Notes under the pieces: model-generated
Databases searched by the model: none
Seen by the model: only the letters and a program-made list of their open reading frames with translations
Told to the model about the DNA's origin: nothing
Made by a program: the position numbers and the translations under genes
From: Alphaproteobacteria bacterium
Lineage (GTDB): Bacteria > Pseudomonadota > Alphaproteobacteria > Rickettsiales > JABCZZ01
Length of the DNA stretch: 64,000 nucleotides
Reading direction: 5' to 3'
Assembly (NCBI GenBank): GCA_013288335.1
Contig: JABDCC010000006.1
Location: 4,859 to 68,858 of the forward strand
In this document: positions 10,093-17,758 of the stretch, in pieces
Layout: each line of letters starts with the position of its first letter
How positions within the stretch are numbered: position 1 is the stretch's first letter

Positions 10093-10683
10093 TTAAAAGT
10101 GGAAGCGGGCGCCTAACTCAATACTGTCAGAAATAACTCTGTCTGACACTCCGGCACCGACATTATTAGTACCATCTACGTCGCTGCTACCCACGTGACG
10201 GTAACCAAGAGACCAGTCAACATTCGGAATAGTATCAACATTCAGGTTCACACCAGCCATAAACTGATAAGCAAATACATTGCCATGTACATTGTAACTG
10301 CCTGAGCTATCACTTTCATCCAGATGTGCTGTCAAATCACCAATACCTGCACCGATGTAAGGAGTCAGTTTCCATGGCATAGACGGGGCCAAACCGGTGA
10401 AGTCATAATAAGCGTTGCCCATGTAAGAATAATAATGGCTGCCTGAAGTTTCGTGATAACCCGCCTCGGCTTCAAGGCGGAAATCACCAAAACTGCCAGT
10501 CTGAAAAGCGCGTCCTAATGCTATATTACCGCCGCCGCCAGTATCGGAATGACGAAGCCAGGTTAAATCCCCGCTTAGACCAAGGTACCAATCGGGATTT
10601 GAGCCAATATCCGCATGTACGGGGCTACATATTAAGGCAGACAACGCACAGGCACTTAATAAATATTTTTTGAGATTTTTCAT
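10093..10683 (-). CDS. Outer-membrane beta-barrel protein (opacity/OmpA-like 8-strand family)
   Basis: Signal peptide; FRLEAE, MGNAYYDF, TPYIGAGIG, FAYQFMAG; terminal Phe (GARFHF). Confidence 0.88.
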   Translation of the reverse strand: MKNLKKYLLSACALSALICSPVHADIGSNPDWYLGLSGDLTWLRHSDTGGGGNIALGRAFQTGSFGDFRLEAEAGYHETSGSHYYSYMGNAYYDFTGLAPSMPWKLTPYIGAGIGDLTAHLDESDSSGSYNVHGNVFAYQFMAGVNLNVDTIPNVDWSLGYRHVGSSDVDGTNNVGAGVSDRVISDSIELGARFHF

Positions 10684-10914
10684 TGTGATGCTCCTATTTT
10701 GGATTTAGAAAATATATATAGAACACATACTTATTACTTGAACTCATAAAAAATACATATGCATGACAAGCTCCGTCAATTAAAAAAATGTAAATTAATA
10801 AAGTAAACGCCTGTTTTTCAGCAAATTATGTTTGAAATGTCACATCGTATAAGGTAGTAAATATTGCCGCTGGCAGAGCTGCTATACTTTAATAAGATGC
10901 CTAGTATACGAATA

Positions 10915-10930
10915 GGGCATAAATTTTGCA
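10915..10930 (+). promoter_or_regulatory. Possible sigma-54 -24/-12 promoter
   Basis: GGGCAT-AAATT-TTGCA (GG-N10-GC); predicted +1 about 1 nt before ATG 10942. Confidence 0.3.
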
Positions 10931-10941
10931 GTGAGTGGGAC

Positions 10942-11373
10942 ATGAAAGAAAATATAGTACATAAACCGGAAGCTTCTGAACGGCCGATATATCGTGTTAT
11001 GGTAGTAGACGATAACGAAGCCTCTGCTAAGACACTTCTGTGGACTATGGAATTACTTGGTCATAACGCCAAAATGGCGCATGACGGACCGAGTGCCATT
11101 GAACTTGCAAAAACGTTTGAACCACACATAGTCCTCTTAGATATTGGCCTTCCCGGTATGGACGGCTACGAAACTTGTCTACAATTGCGCAGTATACCGG
11201 CCCTTAAAAACAGTTTATTTGTTGCCCAAACTGGCTGGGGGCAAAAAGAGCATCGCGAACGCTCTAAAGCAGCAGGCTTTGATCATCACTTGATAAAACC
11301 AATAGAAATGCAAGTCTTGCAGGATATTTTAATTAATTCTCCCAAGTTAAATCATTCGATGATTTCCGGTTAG
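10942..11373 (+). CDS. Single-domain response regulator (receiver)
   Basis: VMVVDD, LLDIGLPGMDGYE, TGWG, GFDHHLIKP; resembles the receiver tail of hybrid kinases. Confidence 0.88.
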   Translation: MKENIVHKPEASERPIYRVMVVDDNEASAKTLLWTMELLGHNAKMAHDGPSAIELAKTFEPHIVLLDIGLPGMDGYETCLQLRSIPALKNSLFVAQTGWGQKEHRERSKAAGFDHHLIKPIEMQVLQDILINSPKLNHSMISG

Positions 11374-11489
11374 CCACCTTCCACAGGCGGTTTTATGCCT
11401 TTTTGATCATATCTTCCTAAGACTCCTACGGTTTTATTATAGCGCCTTTGTCATGATTGGCCTGCTTAAACAATCTGAAAGGAATTTTT

Positions 11490-11726
11490 ATGAATAAAGA
11501 TACAGTAGCCGGTTCGGTTAAAGAAACCGGTGGAAAAGTGAGAAGTGCAGTAGATAGTGCTTTGGGCGACAAAAAAGGTGAAGCGCTTGGTAAAATCGAC
11601 CAAGCTACCGGTGCTGCCCAGAAAAATTACGGCGAAGTAAAAGACGCTGTAAAGAAAGCAGCTAATGATACTAAAGATGCTGCAAATGATGCTTATAAAG
11701 CAGCGAAAAAAGCCGCTAACGAATAG
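11490..11726 (+). CDS. CsbD-family stress protein
   Basis: MNKD.VAG..KE..GKV...G..DQ..G.AQK.YG.VKD pattern; SD AAGGAA. Confidence 0.85.
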   Translation: MNKDTVAGSVKETGGKVRSAVDSALGDKKGEALGKIDQATGAAQKNYGEVKDAVKKAANDTKDAANDAYKAAKKAANE

Positions 11727-11754
11727 TTGCGCCCCATTGGGAATGCGCTATCAG

Positions 11755-11780
11755 TGGGCTGCAGCTTCGGTTGCAGCCCA
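11755..11780 (+). repeat. Stable hairpin with cUUCGg tetraloop
   Basis: TGGGCTGCAGC-TTCG-GTTGCAGCCCA; no U-tract, so more likely an mRNA-stabilising stem than a terminator. Confidence 0.7.
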
Positions 11781-11815
11781 TCTGCTCTGTTAAATATTAA
11801 ACCTGGAATAATTAT

Positions 11816-12145
11816 ATGAAAAAATCATTACTCTATACTGCTCTGCTTGTAATCTCAGCAGGTTCTGCCTTTGCCGCCGCAGATGATGCACAAAAAGCAT
11901 CTTATATGAGACAAAAAGTTCAATATGAATTTAATCAGATGGATGCAAACGGAGATGGGTTTATAACCAAGGATGAAATGGTCGCATATGTTTCCAAGAA
12001 ATTTGATGATGCCGACAAAAACCATGACGGCAAACTTACCGTAGATGAAATCATGGATCAGAAAATGAAAGATAATGACGCGTTCAAGGCTTCTCTTGGC
12101 AAAAATACCTCAGACACAAGCAGCGCCACAAAAATGTCTAAGTAG
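11816..12145 (+). CDS. Secreted EF-hand protein
   Basis: Signal peptide ending AFA; two canonical loops DANGDGFITKDE and DKNHDGKLTVDE. Confidence 0.9.
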   Translation: MKKSLLYTALLVISAGSAFAAADDAQKASYMRQKVQYEFNQMDANGDGFITKDEMVAYVSKKFDDADKNHDGKLTVDEIMDQKMKDNDAFKASLGKNTSDTSSATKMSK

Positions 12146-12150
12146 TTTTT

Positions 12151-12951
12151 TTAGGCAACGCGAAGTTTGAGTAAGTTCCAAGCCAGGACATTGATGCCCC
12201 GGTTTAGAAGCCCATGCGGTTTAAGTCCGACGACTTTAAACACCATGGCCGTCATGCGTTCGATATGGATTCTTTTATAGATGGCGCCTACGCAATTAAA
12301 ATAATTATTCGTGTAAGTTTTCCTATTATAAACAGAGGATGCTTGTTTAGTATCCGTTGCGTAAAACGCATAGGCCAATTCGTCGTCCTCGCTTTCCAAC
12401 ACTCTTCCTATAGCTATGGATAATCTTTTAAAGAAACTGAGTGGTTCTTTTTTCTGGTATATATTGAAATAATTATAAAATAATTTGAAATGACGCAGCT
12501 CGTCGCTGGAAATTTTGCTGCATATTTGCTTGAGCACTGGCTCGTCGGTGTAATCTTTGATAGCGCCATAATACCAGCTAGTGCCGGTTTCCACGATGCA
12601 GCGCGCTACCAGCTCGCCTGAGCGCGATCCGCGCACCGACTCCGTTACATTTTTTGGTAACGAATACCCTTCAGTGAAAATCTTAACTCTTTCATCAAAA
12701 TTAAATTCCGGGTCAGCAAGTTCCGCCCATTTTCTGAGTGCCTTGCCATGTTGAATTTCTTCATCAGCCCAGATTTTGGCAACCTGCTGAAACTCCAGAT
12801 CATCTGAAAAAACCTCGCACAGATAACGGCTATAATCATGGCTGTTATACTCCACCACAGCAGCGGCTTTTACGATAGATAACAACTCCGGCTTTACCTT
12901 GCTCGCGTCAAATTTATTCCATTCTATCTCTTCCAGGGACCAGGTAGGCAT
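12151..12951 (-). CDS. Ferritin-like di-iron protein (acyl-ACP desaturase-like)
   Basis: W...EI.W..FD N-terminus; EE.QHG and DE.RH iron ligands. Confidence 0.8.
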   Translation of the reverse strand: MPTWSLEEIEWNKFDASKVKPELLSIVKAAAVVEYNSHDYSRYLCEVFSDDLEFQQVAKIWADEEIQHGKALRKWAELADPEFNFDERVKIFTEGYSLPKNVTESVRGSRSGELVARCIVETGTSWYYGAIKDYTDEPVLKQICSKISSDELRHFKLFYNYFNIYQKKEPLSFFKRLSIAIGRVLESEDDELAYAFYATDTKQASSVYNRKTYTNNYFNCVGAIYKRIHIERMTAMVFKVVGLKPHGLLNRGINVLAWNLLKLRVA

Positions 12952-13189
12952 GGGTATACTTTCTGCAATTAACTATTTTGTAACAAGAGGATAGCCTACT
13001 AGTATATCAGCCTGTGTCAACTCTCTCTTTAACCGGCACAAACACAAATATTCTTAAAATTAGTATGTAAATTCAGTATATGTTTTAGGCTCAAGCCATA
13101 AATTGGGCATAATTGCTAAAATATTTGAATAGCTATAAAGATTGTTCTATATATCTTGGCTCGTCCCCCTCATTCAGGCAGAATAAAAA

Positions 13190-13828
13190 ATGAAAAAATT
13201 ATGTATCCTCTCTATAATAGGGGTTTTGCTTTTTAGCCTATCTTTTACTAATGCCAAAGCTGATTGGCACGATCATGACATCCATCATTTTAACGAACAT
13301 GATATGGGGCATTGGCATGGTGGATCCTGGAATCATGGTTTTCACGACGGACGTGACGGCTGGTGGTGGATCGTAGATGGGCAGTGGTATGCTTATCCTG
13401 CACCGGTTTACCCTTACCCCGATCCTTATGTGCCACCAGTCGTGGTACAACAATATGCACCCACTACACCTCAATACTGGTATTGCGCAAATCCTACTGG
13501 TTATTATCCTTATGTGCCGCAGTGTACTGTAGAGTGGCAAGCGGTCCCTTATGATGCTATACCGCCAGCACCTGCTCCTGCAGCTCCGCCTCAGTTAAGC
13601 CAGCGCGACATGGATGATCGCCAGTTGAATACTTTTGCAGTAGAACTGGATAGTATCCAAGTCGGACAGCCAGACGCTGCAAAACGCATAAAGAATCTTC
13701 AGAAGCGTGTCGCTACTTTCCACCAAACCTTATTTGAGAGAAAGTACAACGCCATGGATATACTGAACGATACAGAGCATCTTGAAGCGCGGGTAGAAAC
13801 AAGGAAAGTGGAAATTCTTGGAGAATAG
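13190..13828 (+). CDS. Secreted His/Trp/Pro-rich hypothetical protein
   Basis: Signal peptide; His-rich stretch, GWWW, WYC.NP.GYYPYVPQC module. Confidence 0.75.
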   Translation: MKKLCILSIIGVLLFSLSFTNAKADWHDHDIHHFNEHDMGHWHGGSWNHGFHDGRDGWWWIVDGQWYAYPAPVYPYPDPYVPPVVVQQYAPTTPQYWYCANPTGYYPYVPQCTVEWQAVPYDAIPPAPAPAAPPQLSQRDMDDRQLNTFAVELDSIQVGQPDAAKRIKNLQKRVATFHQTLFERKYNAMDILNDTEHLEARVETRKVEILGE

Positions 13829-13878
13829 CAGTTGCGTTTGAATAGCGTGCCTTTAACCAAATTATGGAAAGGTTTTTT

Positions 13879-14223
13879 ATGCGTAAATTCTTAAGCGTGC
13901 TTATTGTGGTACTTTTTGCTTCCAACGCGTGGGCAGCAGAACTTACCGAACCACAGAAGATCAATGCGTTACTGAATGCGTTTACCACATCGGATATTAT
14001 TTTTATCCGCAATGGGGAGGAGCATAGCGGGAAATATGCCTATGATCACTTTGAAGCGAAGCTGAAAGAAGTTCAGGGTGTGGTTACTGCTGAAGACTTT
14101 ATTACAAAAGTTGCAAGCACATCGCGCGAAACCGGCTCGCCTTATATGATTAAACTAAGCGATGGCACCACCATGGATTCATCTGTCTGGCTGCATGAAA
14201 AACTGAAAGAAATCGAGAAGTAA
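13879..14223 (+). CDS. Secreted protein, DUF5329/YfeK-like
   Basis: FIRNG.EH...A..H...K, TAEDFI..VAS.S..TG.PY.I pattern. Confidence 0.75.
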   Translation: MRKFLSVLIVVLFASNAWAAELTEPQKINALLNAFTTSDIIFIRNGEEHSGKYAYDHFEAKLKEVQGVVTAEDFITKVASTSRETGSPYMIKLSDGTTMDSSVWLHEKLKEIEK

Positions 14224-14430
14224 TTACTTCTTCGTCTCTTCCGTATCAATAATGCGGTATTCGCCTTCTATGACATTTTCGTCGTAGGGGCGTTGCTGCG
14301 GGCGCGGTTTGTTCTCCCCAAAAACTCCGCGTAAATGGTAGCGTAATTTCAGCCATACGGCAGCCCCTAGCCCCAGAAAAAGCAGGAAGAATACAAACGC
14401 CATTACAAAAATAAATTCGATAATAATCAT
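14224..14430 (-). CDS. Small membrane protein (ends VIEGEYR)
   Basis: ATGA-coupled to the fliP stop; hydrophobic N-terminus. Confidence 0.65.
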   Translation of the reverse strand: MIIIEFIFVMAFVFFLLFLGLGAAVWLKLRYHLRGVFGENKPRPQQRPYDENVIEGEYRIIDTEETKK

Positions 14431-15203
14431 GGCATTCCAAAACTTCTGACCAGGCTTCCGCTCAAGCTGTACCAACCATCAATGATGACGAAGAATATGA
14501 GTTTAAATGGTAGCGAAATCAGCACCGGTGGCAACATCATCATACCCATGGCCATAAGTGTCGAAGACACCAACATGTCGATAATAAGGAATGGCAGATA
14601 CACCAGAAACCCGATTTCAAACGCACGCTTTAGTTCACCAATCATGAAGGCGGGAATGAGTATCTGGAAAGGCGTATCCTCGGCTTTATCGATTTTTACA
14701 TTGGGCGCCATATCCATAAATAAGCGCAAATCCTTTTCGCGAACATTCTTCATCATGAATGCATGAAACGGTGCACTGGTTTTATCCCATGCTTCTTTCT
14801 CGGCTATTTTACCACTGATAAGAGGCGCAATACCATCATCATAGGCTTTATTAAAAACCGGGGCCATGACAAACAGGGTAAGAAATAACGCAAGACTGAT
14901 GAGCACCTGGTTCGGTGGAGTGGACTGTAATCCCAGTGCAGTGCGCAATATAGAGAGTACAATAATAATGCGGGTAAATGATGTCACCATCATGAGGATG
15001 GAAGGCGCGAGCGGAATAATGGTAACGAGAATAACGAGCTGAATAATTTTTGAAGTCACCGAGCCGCTGGTAGCTCCCGCAGTTGCCGCTGAATTATCGC
15101 CCAAATCAAGCGTCAGTTTTTGCGCGAAGGCATCATGGGGCATGACAAAAATCAACACTGCAAAAAGTGTAAGCAGGCTTAAAAATTTTGTTTTATAGTT
15201 CAA
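14427..15203 (-). CDS. fliP: Flagellar export pore protein FliP
   Basis: TSFTRIIIVLS, PPNQVL, ELKRAFEIGF, MGMMMLPP. Confidence 0.97.
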   Translation of the reverse strand: MNYKTKFLSLLTLFAVLIFVMPHDAFAQKLTLDLGDNSAATAGATSGSVTSKIIQLVILVTIIPLAPSILMMVTSFTRIIIVLSILRTALGLQSTPPNQVLISLALFLTLFVMAPVFNKAYDDGIAPLISGKIAEKEAWDKTSAPFHAFMMKNVREKDLRLFMDMAPNVKIDKAEDTPFQILIPAFMIGELKRAFEIGFLVYLPFLIIDMLVSSTLMAMGMMMLPPVLISLPFKLIFFVIIDGWYSLSGSLVRSFGMP

Positions 15204-15481
15204 GATTTTTCTCCCGAAATACGCGATTCAATAAGCAGATCACCCGAAATTCCAAGTAACAACACATGCTCCTTATCATCGCACTTTACTATCACTATTC
15301 GCCGTTTGGGATCCAGATATATTGTCTCCAGAACAGACAATCGCGGATTTGTTCCTCTGCTACCCATGAGGCGTTTATCCAGACCGGTTTTCTTGATGAG
15401 CCCGGCAGATACCACTATCAGGCCGATGACAAAAGCAAGCGCCAGAATAACTTTGAGATAAGTAATAATTTCTTCACCCAT
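15200..15481 (-). CDS. fliO: Flagellar biosynthesis protein FliO
   Basis: One TM, then RL.VLE...LDPKRR.V.V..D..EH.LLLG; upstream of fliP. Confidence 0.85.
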   Translation of the reverse strand: MGEEIITYLKVILALAFVIGLIVVSAGLIKKTGLDKRLMGSRGTNPRLSVLETIYLDPKRRIVIVKCDDKEHVLLLGISGDLLIESRISGEKS

Positions 15482-15831
15482 TACTCTTCTTCTTTCTTTT
15501 TAAACTTACCGCCCCGAGTGTCACTGCTGTTATATGCAACGTTCGCTTTGCGCAAACGCTCAAGGCTTGCAAGCTCCTGCTTGGTTGCTTCACGGGCAAC
15601 CACCAATTCTTCACCCAACTTAGTAATCACTGACATAAGTTCATTTAAGTCATCTTTGTGGAGCTTCCCCTGCTCTTTTGGCAAACTGGCAATCGCTTCG
15701 CAATAGGCACGAACGCCTCCTTCCACAGCAGCAATATCCACTATGCCTTTCTGCATTTTTTCTCTGCATTCACTCACCAGATCAAAAATGGATTTTTTTA
15801 GAATTTCCGGAGAAAGATTCGCATTACTCAT
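15481..15831 (-). CDS. Helical hypothetical protein in the flagellar operon (possibly chaperone-like)
   Basis: Coupled to fliO; coiled-coil; ends with A..AY motif. Confidence 0.6.
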   Translation of the reverse strand: MSNANLSPEILKKSIFDLVSECREKMQKGIVDIAAVEGGVRAYCEAIASLPKEQGKLHKDDLNELMSVITKLGEELVVAREATKQELASLERLRKANVAYNSSDTRGGKFKKKEEE

Positions 15832-15834
15832 GGG

Positions 15835-16137
15835 CTACACCTTATTTTTTCTGCTCTTTGCAGTTGCATTCGCCTTATACACGTAATTCAGAATTTCCGC
15901 CACCGCACTATAGGCTTCCAGCGGAATGATGGAATCAATATCAATTTTATCAAGAATTTCTACAAGATTAGCATCTTCACGAACGGTAATCCCGTGTTCC
16001 AAGGCTACCTTAATAATATTTTCAGCAATCAACCCCTTGCCTTTGGCTACTACTTTAGGCGCAGGTTCTTTTGTCCGGTCGTATTTTAGTGCAACAGCGA
16101 CTGGAAGAACTTTCTTTGTATTTTCTTCATCCGCCAT
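15835..16137 (-). CDS. FlhB C-terminal-domain protein (FlhX, EscU/YscU family)
   Basis: AVAL.Y....APKVVAKGKG..A..I; IP.E.Y.AVAEIL. Confidence 0.88.
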   Translation of the reverse strand: MADEENTKKVLPVAVALKYDRTKEPAPKVVAKGKGLIAENIIKVALEHGITVREDANLVEILDKIDIDSIIPLEAYSAVAEILNYVYKANATAKSRKNKV

Positions 16138-16144
16138 AAATAAA

Positions 16145-16393
16145 TTACTTATTGTGTTTTGTGTCCGAATCAAATTCGCCAAACGCATCCATAATCTCTG
16201 CGTCGTCACTATACTGCGATGCGGCGATATTCTGCTCTAAAATGCGATCATGCAATTCTTTGCGCATTATCGTGGCTTCCGGCGGAAAATTAAACCCGAT
16301 TTTTACTGAACGCCCCTTCACTTCCACGACAGTCAATTCTATCGTATTGTTAATTATAACGGATTCTCCGATCTTGCGTGTAAGGTATAACAC
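16145..16393 (-). CDS. csrA: Carbon storage regulator / translational repressor CsrA
   Basis: MLYLTRKIGESVII...V.EVKG..VKIG...P....I.R.E; GTG start; C-terminal extension. Confidence 0.9.
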   Translation of the reverse strand: MLYLTRKIGESVIINNTIELTVVEVKGRSVKIGFNFPPEATIMRKELHDRILEQNIAASQYSDDAEIMDAFGEFDSDTKHNK

Positions 16394-16536
16394 TTAAAAA
16401 ACTTTCCCATGATGAACACCTGTGTCCGAAACTATACTACTTATGCTAAAACCAACTACAAGATAATTTTGATGTAGCGAAATAGTGAACAAAAGCATAT
16501 ATTGCAATCTATTATAATGTGTTGTTGGGCAAATCT

Positions 16537-16947
16537 ATGATTAATACCAGCCTCGACCTCGGCCAAATGCTAGAAACTAAAATGCAATATGACGGCGAGC
16601 GCCAGAAGGTGCTGGCTCAGAATATCGCATCCATCGACGTCCCTGGCTATAAGGCACAAGATTTAGTACCGCTGGATTTTAAAAACGCTTTAGCGGCAGA
16701 GACCAGTAAAATAAGCGTAATGACAACATCCCCTATGCATCTAAACGGCGCAAAAGCTTACAACCAGCGCTTCCTTACTACCGACATAAAAAATCCTTTT
16801 GAAGTAAAATCGACTGGAAATACAGTAGTGGTGGAAGAACAAATGATGAAAGTAACGCAAAACGCTACCGATTATCAGATGTCTACGAATTTATATAAGA
16901 AAATTGGCAACCTGTTTAAGGAAGCGCTTGGGCTTCAGCCGTCTTAA
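16537..16947 (+). CDS. flgB: Flagellar rod protein FlgB
   Basis: RQKVLAQNIA..D.PGYKAQD, GNTV..EEQM. Confidence 0.93.
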   Translation: MINTSLDLGQMLETKMQYDGERQKVLAQNIASIDVPGYKAQDLVPLDFKNALAAETSKISVMTTSPMHLNGAKAYNQRFLTTDIKNPFEVKSTGNTVVVEEQMMKVTQNATDYQMSTNLYKKIGNLFKEALGLQPS

Positions 16948-16970
16948 GCATTAGTGTTTTATAGGTATGT

Positions 16971-17381
16971 ATGAGTGGTATAGTTGATTCTGTTTCTATA
17001 GCTGGCGCGGGCATGAAAGCCCAAAGTGACCGCTTGCGCGTAGTAGCTGAAAACATAGCGAACGTGGATTCCACCGGAACTAGCCCCGGTGCCGCGCCTT
17101 ATCAGCGCAAAACCATTACATTTAAAAATGTGCTCGACCATGAACTCGGCGTTAATAAAGTGATTGTGTCCAGTTATGGGGTTGATAAAAGCGCATTCAA
17201 AAAGAAATTTGAGCCTAATCATCCGGCAGCTGATGCTTCAGGATATGTACTGTATCCTAATGTGGACTCAGTAGTGGAACTCACAGATATGCACGAGGCG
17301 CAGCGCAGCTACGAAGCGAATTTAAACGTGATTGACGTATCAAAAAGTATGATTTCCCAGGCACTCGGCTTATTAAAGTAG
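16971..17381 (+). CDS. flgC: Flagellar rod protein FlgC
   Basis: AENIAN.DS, PYQRK, PNHPAAD..GYV..PNV, RSYEANL. Confidence 0.97.
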   Translation: MSGIVDSVSIAGAGMKAQSDRLRVVAENIANVDSTGTSPGAAPYQRKTITFKNVLDHELGVNKVIVSSYGVDKSAFKKKFEPNHPAADASGYVLYPNVDSVVELTDMHEAQRSYEANLNVIDVSKSMISQALGLLK

Positions 17382-17387
17382 CAATAA

Positions 17388-17702
17388 ATGGATATAAAAC
17401 AGGCAGTATCGGCTTATAATAACATCGCAAATATTGCGCCGAATAATCCTGCCACAAATATCAATGAAGCTTCTGCAACCGCAGGTCCTTCCTTTTCCGA
17501 TTTGGTAACCAATGCGCTGAGCAATACCGTGGCAAGCGGCCACAAGGCAGAAGAAATAAGCACACTTGCGCTCATGGGCAAGGCAGATATCAATGACCTG
17601 GCGACTTCGGTAAGTAACGCGGAACTTGCCTTAAATACAGTTGTCGCTATCCGCGATAAAGTGCTCAGTGCTTATCAGCAGATTATGCAGATGCCAATGT
17701 AA
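17388..17702 (+). CDS. fliE: Hook-basal body protein FliE
   Basis: IRDKV..AYQ.IM.MP C-terminus; follows flgC. Confidence 0.93.
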   Translation: MDIKQAVSAYNNIANIAPNNPATNINEASATAGPSFSDLVTNALSNTVASGHKAEEISTLALMGKADINDLATSVSNAELALNTVVAIRDKVLSAYQQIMQMPM

Positions 17703-17758
17703 CGGCTCTTTAATACTGCCCACTAGCCACCCGCCTAAGCTTATGCTAACAATAAAAA

